This document shows, piece after piece, positions 29,431 through 38,572 of a stretch of 64,000 nucleotides of DNA (position 1 is the stretch's first letter; each line of letters starts with the position of its first letter). The translations under genes were made by a program, and so were the position numbers. The notes under the pieces were generated by a model. That model searched no databases and was not told where the DNA came from. It worked only from the letters and a program-made list of their open reading frames with translations. This DNA comes from Obrimoposthia wandeli (Eukaryota), in NCBI GenBank assembly GCA_977020255.1, contig CDROCS010004085.1, positions 434,001-498,000 on the forward strand, written 5' to 3'.

Positions 29431-29994
29431 ATGTCTAAACTCAAGGCTAATAGTATTATGAGAACCCATTATGATCTTTTGACCCGAGTACTGCACTGGA
29501 TTATGGCTGCGGTCATTATATATGCAACATGTGCTGGCTATATCATGCATCTCGTCGTCGATTCTTCCCCCCGTACTTTTAACTTCTTGTCTGTACTAAA
29601 TATGTCTCTTGCAACAGTGGGAGCGGCTATTTTCATTGTTCGTTTTATTTGGAGCTTCCTACGTCCGACAGTCCACAGCATTAAACAGAGTGATTCATTG
29701 CAGAATAAGATGGCGCACTTAGCCCACTCTCTCCTGTATTTTATGATGTTTAGTGTATTTACGAGTGGTTTTCTGATGCTAAAAACTGGGTATGATTTGT
29801 TTTGGTTAATCCCTGTCAATAATGTGATTAGTAATCCAGAGATCAATGCTTTTTTCTTTATGGTGCACAGATTCAGTTGTGTAATGTTGGCACTATTTGT
29901 CGTTGTGCATGCATCAGCAGCGTTACATCATCACTATAAGCGAAAGAATAACGTACTTCATAGTATGGTAGGGCCCGCGATAAAGGTGAGGTAG
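29431..29994 (+). CDS. Cytochrome b561 family di-heme membrane protein
   Basis: TRVLHW, AHLAHSLLY, MVHR, HASAALHHH heme-ligand pattern, four TM segments. Confidence 0.88.
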   Translation: MSKLKANSIMRTHYDLLTRVLHWIMAAVIIYATCAGYIMHLVVDSSPRTFNFLSVLNMSLATVGAAIFIVRFIWSFLRPTVHSIKQSDSLQNKMAHLAHSLLYFMMFSVFTSGFLMLKTGYDLFWLIPVNNVISNPEINAFFFMVHRFSCVMLALFVVVHASAALHHHYKRKNNVLHSMVGPAIKVR

Positions 29995-30116
29995 CTTGGG
30001 TATACCACTATTACTGGTTGGTAAAAGTAATTTGTATTTTTTGATGATTATCATTCATGTGGAAATAAATATACTGTGTCCTCTTCTTCAACAGCAGCAC
30101 GAAAACGAGGCAAAAG

Positions 30117-30439
30117 ATGGGTTGGGTATTTTTATTATTAGGTGTGCTCGCAGAAGCAACATCGCATGTAGCATTGAAAGCAACTAACGGTTTTACTAAC
30201 CCCCTGCCTAGCGCCATCGTAATTCTTGGTCATCTGACTGCATTTTTGTTTTAGGTCAAGCAATGAAGAACCTGCCAGTCGGTGTTGTTCATGCGTCTTG
30301 GGCAGGGCTTGCCATTATCTTGGTTACGCTGATGTCGAATATTATTTATAAACAGCATCTAGATGCCAAGGTATGGCTGGGGATGGTCGTGATTGGTATT
30401 GCCATTATTAACCTCTCTTCAGTTCCTCATACGCATTAA
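30117..30439 (+). pseudogene. SMR (EmrE/QacE-type) small multidrug transporter with a -1 frameshift
   Basis: Frame 1 MGWVFLLLGVLAEATSHVALKATNGFTNPLPSAIVILGHLTAFLF* and shifted frame LGQAMKNLPVGVVHASWAGLAIILVTLMSNIIYKQHLDAKVWLGMVVIGIAIINLSSVPHTH*; 323 nt, one base short at the T5-G-T4 tract (30243-30252); GAGG SD. Confidence 0.85.
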
Positions 30440-30460
30440 GTTTTATCTTAGGGGGAAATT

Positions 30461-30706
30461 ATGAATCAACAACGGGCAGAAAATCTCTATTTTTATCTCA
30501 GGCAGCAGCACGCACCGCAAAAAGAGATTAATGCGGTGCTTAAACTGTTAAAGCAAAACTACAGCATCGATTTGGCACAATTAGAAAAACGGTACCGTAA
30601 AACGTTAGGTTATTCGCCCAACCGATTTGATATTAATACTTATGGTACTGCCGGTTCACGTACTATGAATCAAACACGGCAGATGCAAAAAAATGAAATG
30701 CACTAG
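30461..30706 (+). CDS. Hypothetical basic 81-aa protein
   Basis: GGGGA SD then ATG; no recognised motif. Confidence 0.55.
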   Translation: MNQQRAENLYFYLRQQHAPQKEINAVLKLLKQNYSIDLAQLEKRYRKTLGYSPNRFDINTYGTAGSRTMNQTRQMQKNEMH

Positions 30707-30724
30707 AGACGAAATCAAACGTGC

Positions 30725-31093
30725 TTAGCCACCCTTAGCTATCTTTATTAGCGTTTCGATAAAGGTTTTGACGGCTTTAGTATGTTCAAACTCGAATGCA
30801 ATACCATAGTGAATTTCAGTTCGGCCAGTATTCACTCGTGTTGGGAAGCGTGTCATATCGGCATTGTGATAATACGAATATTTAGCCGATACTCCATCTA
30901 AACCTGATAATTCATTAGCGAAAACTTCAAATGCAGGACGAATAATAAGTTGTGGGTTGTTATTATCGGTACAGAGATAAAATGGCTCTTTTAGACTAGG
31001 CAACATGTATTCAGTTATTTTCTTGACCTTGAAGTTTGTACGGCACTCCAACGTTCTTAATGCTTCTTCCATGTCGTTATGTGCAATAGCCAT
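30725..31093 (-). CDS. Hypothetical protein (YYHNADMTRFP...IHYGIAF motif)
   Basis: GAGG SD, 122 aa; no confident family. Confidence 0.7.
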   Translation of the reverse strand: MAIAHNDMEEALRTLECRTNFKVKKITEYMLPSLKEPFYLCTDNNNPQLIIRPAFEVFANELSGLDGVSAKYSYYHNADMTRFPTRVNTGRTEIHYGIAFEFEHTKAVKTFIETLIKIAKGG

Positions 31094-31339
31094 AGTGTAT
31101 TCCTCGTGCTGAAATAGCGTTTACGTTACATATTTTATATAGGGTTCTAGATTGCACGAATCTTGGTTTTAAAACCAGAGCCTTAGTCTGAATAAATCCT
31201 TTAATTCCTCATTAATTTGTCACTTGCCCCCAAGCCACTTCAAGGTGCAAGGTTTAGAGATTAATCGAATCCAATTCTGGTCATGTTTCAACATTTCAGT
31301 GTATGGTTAGGTATCTGCAAATAAAATGAAAATGGATAA

Positions 31340-32005
31340 ATGACAATTCTTAATTGCGTGGAAATAGAACCGCAAGTAACAGCGACCGCTGCTGTTATTT
31401 GGCTTCATGGTTTAGGATCAAATGGTCATGATTTTGAATCAATTTTACCTGAATTAAAACTTCCACAAGATGCACCTGTGCGGTTTATTTTTCCGCACTC
31501 ACCATCGATTGCCGTTACGATCAACGGTGGTATGGTGATGCCGGCTTGGTATGACATTTTAGAAATGGGTGCTGGGCGTAAGCTAAACGTTCAACAGTTG
31601 TTAGATTCGGCTAATCAAGTGGTTGCGTTAATTGAGCGCGAACGTGTCCGTGGTGTTGCCAGCGATCGTATTGTTATTGCAGGATTCTCTCAAGGTGGAG
31701 CTGTTGCTTACCAAGCTGCATTGAGTTATCCAGACAAGTTGGCAGGCTTATTAGCTTTATCGACGTATTTCCCTACTTCAGATTCCATCGAATTTAGTGA
31801 TGCCAATCGTGAGTTACCGATTGAGGTTATGCACGGTAGCCATGATCCTGTGGTATTGCCGTCAATGGGTAAAGAGGCTTTAGCTGCATTGAAATCCGCG
31901 AATTTTAATCCCAACTGGCGCACTTATCCAATGGAGCACAACGTGTGTCTAGAGCAGATACAAGATATAGCGGCATGGTTTAAGCGCACGTTAAATCTGG
32001 GGTGA
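31340..32005 (+). CDS. Alpha/beta-hydrolase carboxylesterase / acyl-protein-thioesterase-like
   Basis: WLHGLG, MPAWYDI, GFSQGG nucleophile elbow, HG.HD and MEH triad. Confidence 0.9.
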   Translation: MTILNCVEIEPQVTATAAVIWLHGLGSNGHDFESILPELKLPQDAPVRFIFPHSPSIAVTINGGMVMPAWYDILEMGAGRKLNVQQLLDSANQVVALIERERVRGVASDRIVIAGFSQGGAVAYQAALSYPDKLAGLLALSTYFPTSDSIEFSDANRELPIEVMHGSHDPVVLPSMGKEALAALKSANFNPNWRTYPMEHNVCLEQIQDIAAWFKRTLNLG

Positions 32006-32009
32006 ATAG

Positions 32010-32042
32010 AAAAAGAAGGAGCATCATGCTCCTTCTTTTATT
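32010..32042. terminator. Bidirectional terminator
   Basis: AAAAGAAGGAGCAT-c-ATGCTCCTTCTTTT. Confidence 0.85.
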
Positions 32043-32077
32043 TCGTAATCTATGAAACGTTCACGCTTACTTTTTGC

Positions 32078-33448
32078 TTATTCACAAGGCGGAGCAAGGT
32101 GGATAACCGCTAGCCCACCCAATGATGTTTCACGGTATTTTCTGTTCATGTCTTTACCTGTTTGATACATGGTATCGATCACTTTATCGAGAGAAATACG
32201 TGATTTACTGTTTCGCTTTAATGCCATACGTGAGGCATTAATCGCCTTCATCGCGCCCATTGCATTTCGTTCTATACAGGGAATTTGTACAAGTCCACCA
32301 ATGGGATCGCACGTCATACCTAAAGAGTGTTCCATGGCAATTTCAGCGGCCATACAAATTTGTTCATTACTTCCGCCTCGTATTGCCGTTAGACCCGCAG
32401 CAGCCATTGACGATGAAACGCCAACTTCACCTTGGCAGCCTACTTCAGCACCTGAAATGGAGGCATTCATTTTATATAACATGCCAATGGCTGCTGATAC
32501 CGCTAAGAAATCTTTTATTTGCTCTGTTTCTAAGGGGTTAATGAATTTGTTGTAGTACATCAATACGGCAGGAATAACGCCAGCTGCGCCGTTAGTTGGT
32601 GACGTAACCACTTGTCCGCCAGCGGCATTTTCTTCACTCACCGAAAAGGCGAATAAGTTCACCCAATCTAAAATCGTCATAGGATCGTTATCAATATGCT
32701 GATTAGATTCTAATTGCTTTAAAAGAGCGGGTGCCCGGCGAGTTACATGTAATCCGCCTTCTAAGATTCCTTCCTTATGGAAGCCTCTTTCCATACAGTC
32801 AGACATGATATGCCAAATTTTATTGGCTCTTTCGTCAAATTCGTCTTGGCTTCTAAAGGTTAATTCGTTGTCTTGCACTAAGCGACCAATGCTTAATCCG
32901 TCACGTTCAGCCATAAGTAGAATATCGTCAGCAGATTTGAAAGGGTAGGCAACGGTAGTTTCAGCAGTCGTCCCTTTATTTTGCATTTCTGCTGCTGTTG
33001 CAATGAATCCACCGCCTATCGAGTAATAGGTTTCGCTATCTAACTCATTCCCTTCTTTATCGATTGCAGTGATCATCATGCCATTTTCGTGCAAAGGAAG
33101 ATTGGTGGTATGAAATACAATGTCTTCCTCAACAGTGAATGGGACTGTTTTCTGGCTTGCTAAAGGTAACGTATTACTTTTATGTGCGTTAAGCATTGTT
33201 AGGTTGGCAACTTCAATATCGATAGTGTCGGGTTTATTACCCATTAGACCAAGAAACACGGCACGATCGGTATGGTGTCCTTTTCCCGTTAACGATAAAG
33301 AACCGTATAAATCAACCCGTACTGTATGAACTGTCTCTAGCTTAGGAAGAATTTTTTGGCAGAACTCAAATCCTGCGATCATAGGACCATTAGTGTGGGA
33401 GCTGGATGGACCAACACCAATTTTATAAATATCAAAAACAGACAACAT
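32078..33448 (-). CDS. sdaA: Fe-S L-serine ammonia-lyase (L-serine dehydratase)
   Basis: [48 protein letters not shown]. Confidence 0.95.
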   Translation of the reverse strand: MLSVFDIYKIGVGPSSSHTNGPMIAGFEFCQKILPKLETVHTVRVDLYGSLSLTGKGHHTDRAVFLGLMGNKPDTIDIEVANLTMLNAHKSNTLPLASQKTVPFTVEEDIVFHTTNLPLHENGMMITAIDKEGNELDSETYYSIGGGFIATAAEMQNKGTTAETTVAYPFKSADDILLMAERDGLSIGRLVQDNELTFRSQDEFDERANKIWHIMSDCMERGFHKEGILEGGLHVTRRAPALLKQLESNQHIDNDPMTILDWVNLFAFSVSEENAAGGQVVTSPTNGAAGVIPAVLMYYNKFINPLETEQIKDFLAVSAAIGMLYKMNASISGAEVGCQGEVGVSSSMAAAGLTAIRGGSNEQICMAAEIAMEHSLGMTCDPIGGLVQIPCIERNAMGAMKAINASRMALKRNSKSRISLDKVIDTMYQTGKDMNRKYRETSLGGLAVIHLAPPCE

Positions 33449-33875
33449 AATGGTTTTCCCTATTTTTTATGTCGATATAGAGCCAGTAACACAGCTATAT
33501 TCATGTACCAATAATACTAAGTATGTGCGTAATATTTTTATTATGCTTATTATCATAACGGAGCAAACAGAGAGGGGTAAGTATAGAGTTATGTTAATGT
33601 GATGTTATGGTACGTTATTTTTAGTATTCTCTAGCAGACACTAGGTTATCACGTTGATACTTGAGTATTTTAGATAATTATTGGGGTTTTCTGTCAATCT
33701 AAGGCGTAATACTAGTATGCACTACATTGCTTATTTTCCTATTTTATGCTTATGAGAAATAAAGCTTCTTATCATTTATCTTGAGAATATTCTCATTTTT
33801 GATTCAAGATTTTCTGTCAACTGTCGCTAAGCTTAGGTACTTAGGATTTAACCACACAGATATGAAGGCCTTTAA

Positions 33876-34085
33876 ATGGACAGATATTACGCCCGATTTT
33901 CATCTAACCACCCTTGGTTACACATGGTATTTATAACACTTGTAGCGGCTATTTTTAGTATCAGTTGCTATCAGTTATTGGTTAATGAAGAATTAATGTT
34001 TTCCGTCGGTTTAGTGGTACCTGTCATGATTCTCCCGCTTTTTGCAATGGCTGCAGATTATAAACGAAAGTATATGCACGATTGA
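33876..34085 (+). CDS. Small two-TM membrane protein
   Basis: AAGG SD, two hydrophobic segments, followed by a terminator hairpin (about 34108-34140). Confidence 0.65.
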   Translation: MDRYYARFSSNHPWLHMVFITLVAAIFSISCYQLLVNEELMFSVGLVVPVMILPLFAMAADYKRKYMHD

Positions 34086-34170
34086 ATGTTCAGTATGTGA
34101 TGATGTAAAAAGGAAGCAGTACGCTAACTACTTCCTTTTTATGTTTGTTGAATGAAGGGCTCGTAGAGTT

Positions 34171-35121
34171 TTAGGCGATACTCTCTGTTTGGAAACGGCT
34201 TAATTCGGCAAATGTTGGTGCTCCATCAGAGCCTGAACGACTTACCACTATAGCAGCCACCATATTACCCAGTTCAACAGCATCATTAAGTACCCATCCA
34301 GCAGATATTCCAGCAATAACGCCTGCGCAATGGCTATCACCCGCAGCAATCGTATCAGAGACCTTAACCTTGAAAGCCGGAATAGACTTTGGTATGCATC
34401 CCGGTTGGCAAATTTTAGCCCCTTCGCTGTCAAAGCGACAAATTAGGCTAACTTGATGCTTATTGGCAAAGGTGACCGCATTATAGATATTGCTAGTCGT
34501 CTGCTGGTTTAGCAGCGCCAGTTCATCGCGATTCACGGTTAAAATTGGTTTCTTGGCTAGCAGTTTACTAATGAACTCTGGTTTGATATCCCTAAGGCGG
34601 GGCCCGAAGTCAACAAATAAGGTTTTATCATCAGATAGATCCAGTAACCATTGGCGCAACGGTTCACTTTGTTCGCTGACTAGTTCGTAGCCTGACACAT
34701 AGACGATGGCATTATCAGGTGTGGGAATTTGTGCCAGCAGTGATTTATTCCAGTGCTGTTCACAGCCATCCACGGTAATGAAGGTGCGTTCCTTACTGGC
34801 TTCAACTAGCGCAATACACCAACCATTGTCATGTGTTGGGTGGCGCAGCAATGGGAGAAGGTTATCGTTTAGCATTGCTGTTTCTACGGTTTTCCCCCAG
34901 CTGCCATTACCCACTGGAATGGCATTGATCGGTAAGTTATCCATCCGACTTAAAGCCCTGGCAACATTGAAAGCGCAGCCGCCAATATGTCTGCCAAGCT
35001 CTTCTGCTATCACATCACCACCACTGTGTGGCAACTGATCCAATTTGAGCATCACATCACCAAAGGCGGCACCGATAACAATAATTGGGCGTTGATTTGT
35101 GAGGGTCTGAAGGTCGATCAT
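34171..35121 (-). CDS. yegV: PfkB/ribokinase family sugar kinase (YegV-like)
   Basis: GGCAFNVA, ERTFITVDGCE, DTIAAGDSHCAG. Confidence 0.85.
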   Translation of the reverse strand: MIDLQTLTNQRPIIVIGAAFGDVMLKLDQLPHSGGDVIAEELGRHIGGCAFNVARALSRMDNLPINAIPVGNGSWGKTVETAMLNDNLLPLLRHPTHDNGWCIALVEASKERTFITVDGCEQHWNKSLLAQIPTPDNAIVYVSGYELVSEQSEPLRQWLLDLSDDKTLFVDFGPRLRDIKPEFISKLLAKKPILTVNRDELALLNQQTTSNIYNAVTFANKHQVSLICRFDSEGAKICQPGCIPKSIPAFKVKVSDTIAAGDSHCAGVIAGISAGWVLNDAVELGNMVAAIVVSRSGSDGAPTFAELSRFQTESIA

Positions 35122-35123
35122 GG

Positions 35124-36536
35124 TTAGTCCTTAACGCGCGTTATCTTTAGGGTGATGCGGTACAGCACCATGCTAACGATAAATGAAACAAAGAGCCCCA
35201 AACTAGAATCAGCAAAAATACCGACAGCAAACGGACCATCTATAAAGCCGGTATTAGTCACCATCAAGCCTGAAATAGAACCTGCTATCCAGCAAAGTAA
35301 TGTCGGTTTGATTGTGCCTGTTTCTCCATATAATTCTTCTTCGCTGTATCCTGCTTGTTGATGCTTAGTGTAGAAATCAGTAATGAATATCGCCGCCCAA
35401 GCAGCAAGGAAAACACCACAGAAAACTAAGAATGAGATAAAGGGACCAAGGAAATCACCCGATACAAACAGAACATATAGCGCGATACCTAATACAAGCA
35501 CAGCATCAAGCGCGATTGCTGTACGCTGCTTAAGCTTGATACCCATACTTAGCAAATTAAGGCTAGCTGAATACAAACTCAGTACTGCAATTGTCACAAT
35601 TCCCGCTGTTGCTGCGGCTAGGTAAGGAATAGCCATCCAAGAAGGAAGTAAGCGTCCAATCGCTGAAATTGGATTTTCATTAGATGCTAAATCAGGAATT
35701 TGTGCGGTTAATAAAATACCTGTAAACATCAACAAGATAAGGGGGAGTCCAGCCCCACCGACAACCGAGGTAAAAATATCTTTTTTACTTGAAGAAGGGC
35801 TTTGATCACGGCTGTAGTCAGCCCCTGCAATTGCCCAGCTTATCCCTGTGCCCGCGGCAATGATAGAAACTGCAGGTAAGAAACCTGTGATCCAACTTCC
35901 TGATGGTAGTGCCATGATCACAGCCCAATCTGCGGTGGCCATTAGGTAAAGAACGACAAAGAGCGTCATTGCACCAAAGGTACGAGTGATCCACTTTTGC
36001 ATGAATAGTACGGTATTTTGACCGAGCATACTCACAACAACGGTTAGCCCACCAAATAGCACCAAAGATAGTGCAGTGATAAAGGCGGTTTCTTCAAAAC
36101 CGAGTGCTGCAAATAAAGCGACAAGGGTAAGTGTGCCAGTGATGATATTCACCGCCTCCCACCCCATTAAGTTGATCCAACAAAAAGCGGTGGGTGCGAT
36201 ATTCCCTTTTTTACCGAAGCTAGAGCGCGATAAGGTGAGGGTAGTCGTACGACCAATCTTGCCTGCAATACTTGAAATACCGACTAAGGAAAATGAGGCG
36301 ACACCAACAATAGCAGCTAATACGGATTGGAAAAAAGAGAGGCCAAACGACACAATTATCGCGCCGTAAACGACACCCAGTACGCCAATGTTAGCGGCGC
36401 ACCATACAAAAAATAACTCAGCTGGCTTTTTGGTTTGTTGGCTAGGTGGAACAAGGTCAATACCTAGATCGTCAATACTGGTTTCGGTGTCTTTTATCTG
36501 GTTGTAGCTCCCTGATGCGGTGTCTTTACTGTTCAT
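35124..36536 (-). CDS. NCS1 purine-cytosine permease family transporter
   Basis: FFVWCAAN, SRSSFG..G, GWEAVN, DYSR motifs; about 12 TM segments. Confidence 0.85.
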   Translation of the reverse strand: MNSKDTASGSYNQIKDTETSIDDLGIDLVPPSQQTKKPAELFFVWCAANIGVLGVVYGAIIVSFGLSFFQSVLAAIVGVASFSLVGISSIAGKIGRTTTLTLSRSSFGKKGNIAPTAFCWINLMGWEAVNIITGTLTLVALFAALGFEETAFITALSLVLFGGLTVVVSMLGQNTVLFMQKWITRTFGAMTLFVVLYLMATADWAVIMALPSGSWITGFLPAVSIIAAGTGISWAIAGADYSRDQSPSSSKKDIFTSVVGGAGLPLILLMFTGILLTAQIPDLASNENPISAIGRLLPSWMAIPYLAAATAGIVTIAVLSLYSASLNLLSMGIKLKQRTAIALDAVLVLGIALYVLFVSGDFLGPFISFLVFCGVFLAAWAAIFITDFYTKHQQAGYSEEELYGETGTIKPTLLCWIAGSISGLMVTNTGFIDGPFAVGIFADSSLGLFVSFIVSMVLYRITLKITRVKD

Positions 36537-36549
36537 TGCGCTATCCTTC

Positions 36550-37581
36550 CTAGTTGGTATGGGCTGTACGGTATGTCGCTAATGCTTGGGCGTATGGGGT
36601 AAAGTCGATGTTGTTTGCAGTATTTATTAGCTGGATATGTTTGTTTTCAAAGGCGTCTATACCATGAATAGCACCACAAATAGCCGTTGCCATAGCACCG
36701 ATTGTATCGGTATCACCGCCTAAATTAGCTGCAAGTTCAGCGCATTTCATCGGGTTAGTTTCAGCAAGATCAACTAAGGCAATAGCCGTTGGAACGGATT
36801 CTATAATGTCCATTCCTGAACCCACAAGCTCATAGAGATCGGTAAGGGCTGTCATTTTATTGTGCTGGTTTTCCACTACATACAGAGCGTAGTGGATTCG
36901 CCGACCTAAAAGTGGACTGAATGTGGACTCGTTTTGGCGTTGAATGTTATTGGCTAACGGTATGATTTCATCTTTGATTTTTTGCCAGCTAATACCTTCA
37001 ATTGCTCGGCTGATTGCCCATGCAATAACACTGGCGCCAGCAATGGCAATATCAGATTTATGAGTCGGAAGGCACGATAGTCGTACTCCTTCTGCGAAGT
37101 TTTCTTTATTGTTCGTAGCCAGTAAACAGCCAACAGGTGCAATGCGCATTGCTGAACCGTTTGTGACGCCATTGGCTTCAATTTTCTCAAAGGGGATGCC
37201 TTGCGTTATTGCATTCAGCGCCGATTTTGAGGTAGGGCCGAGGATGTTTTTCTCGAATGCATTAATACGGTGTGCCCAGTCAATAATATGCTTGGCGACT
37301 AATGTAGGCTCGACTCGGCCGTCAGCTTCGATAATTGCATCCATCAAGGCGACACATTGGCTTGTATCATCTGTAAATTCCCCCGCCTTGAATTCGTTAG
37401 CGGCAATATTTTCCTCCGGACCTGGTAAGAAATCATCAATCCAGCCGAAATAGCTGATGACTTTGCTTTTCGTCCATAGCTCAGAAGGCATGCCCATAGC
37501 ATCACCGATGGCTTGTCCATACAGGCTGCCTAAGATTTTCTTTTCCAGCAGACCTTGGTGAAGGTTGTCTGTGGGGGTCAT
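36550..37581 (-). CDS. yegU: ADP-ribosylglycohydrolase family protein (YegU-like)
   Basis: GQAIGDAMGMP, FTDDT, TNGSAMR, GGDTDTIGAMA. Confidence 0.9.
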   Translation of the reverse strand: MTPTDNLHQGLLEKKILGSLYGQAIGDAMGMPSELWTKSKVISYFGWIDDFLPGPEENIAANEFKAGEFTDDTSQCVALMDAIIEADGRVEPTLVAKHIIDWAHRINAFEKNILGPTSKSALNAITQGIPFEKIEANGVTNGSAMRIAPVGCLLATNNKENFAEGVRLSCLPTHKSDIAIAGASVIAWAISRAIEGISWQKIKDEIIPLANNIQRQNESTFSPLLGRRIHYALYVVENQHNKMTALTDLYELVGSGMDIIESVPTAIALVDLAETNPMKCAELAANLGGDTDTIGAMATAICGAIHGIDAFENKHIQLINTANNIDFTPYAQALATYRTAHTN

Positions 37582-37620
37582 GAGTCTTTCTCCAGATTAT
37601 AAATCGTTATCTGGCATTAT

Positions 37621-37642
37621 ATTAAGTCCAGATTAAGTCCAG
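37621..37642. repeat. Perfect 11-bp tandem repeat ATTAAGTCCAG x2; candidate operator of the divergent GntR
   Basis: Read directly in the yegU/yegW intergenic region. Confidence 0.65.
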
Positions 37643-37706
37643 TTATACTCATTTATAATACCAGTGTGATTTAGCGCCCACTATTTGTTATTATTGGCTA
37701 GATTCT

Positions 37707-38486
37707 TTGAAATATCTCACAACATATATGGCGGTAAGGGTGGAACAGCAATTAATAGCTTTGGTGAATGAAAGGTTGGATCCTCAATCATCTACCCCGT
37801 TGTACCTGCAACTTAAGCAGGGAGTAGAAATAGCGATATCTGAAAAGTTGTTGGTTCATGGCAGTGTATTGCCTTCCGAACGGAAGTTGGCTGTCGGGCT
37901 AGGTGTGTCGCGAGTAACGGTGGTAAAGGCACTGGCTGAATTGCTAGATCAAGGTTTAGTGGTGAAAAAACATGGTAAGGGCACGATGGTTAATTTGCCT
38001 ATTCACTATAATTTATCAGGTGGTGGTTTTTCGTCTCAATTGCAATTACAAGGGGTGGCAGCAAACCGTTGGTTAGTGCGTGAGTTAATAGTTTGTAGCC
38101 CTGAATTAAGTACTCCACTTGAACTGAAAACTGATGACACGATTGCAAAAATTAAACGTGTTCGTCTTGCTGATAACGTACCTGTGTCGATAGAGACGAT
38201 GTTTATCCCTGAACGTTATCTTCCTCGTCCTGAACTACTTGAAGGGTCATTGTATTCTTATTGGCGAAGCCGAGATATTGAACCGCATACCCAAGAATAT
38301 TCCCTAAGTATTTATGAGCCGACAGAGGAAGAAGCGAAGATGTTAGAAATCTTCCATGGTTTACCTTTGATGAAGATCACTCTGAGAAGCTTTGATAGGT
38401 TAGGTAATGTATTGGAATACGGCTCAGCAATTTGTCGCAGTGATTTTTATAATTTTGAGTTTAAGGTGCAGGTCGGCGCAAAATAG
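37707..38486 (+). CDS. yegW: GntR/UTRA regulator (YegW-like), divergent from the cluster
   Basis: PLYLQL, LPSERKLA..LGVSRVTV HTH, UTRA domain; true start may be 37728 or 37740. Confidence 0.85.
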   Translation: MKYLTTYMAVRVEQQLIALVNERLDPQSSTPLYLQLKQGVEIAISEKLLVHGSVLPSERKLAVGLGVSRVTVVKALAELLDQGLVVKKHGKGTMVNLPIHYNLSGGGFSSQLQLQGVAANRWLVRELIVCSPELSTPLELKTDDTIAKIKRVRLADNVPVSIETMFIPERYLPRPELLEGSLYSYWRSRDIEPHTQEYSLSIYEPTEEEAKMLEIFHGLPLMKITLRSFDRLGNVLEYGSAICRSDFYNFEFKVQVGAK

Positions 38487-38517
38487 CGGTACTGTAGACT
38501 TGGAATACTAAAATATA

Positions 38518-38552
38518 AAAAGCCAGTCAGAAATAAACGGACTGGCTTTTTT
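38518..38552. terminator. Bidirectional terminator
   Basis: AAAAGCCAGTC...GACTGGCTTTTTT. Confidence 0.8.
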
Positions 38553-38572
38553 CATGGCTCCAGCTGCTGAAC

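Noticed and set aside
30011-30217. Short ORFs at 29996-30187 and 30011-30217
   Set aside because: Antisense or out-of-frame shadows of the frameshifted SMR gene and its promoter.
30479-30496. ENLYFY resembling a TEV protease site (possible engineered sequence)
   Set aside because: The last residue is not Q and there are no vector or tag sequences; coincidence.
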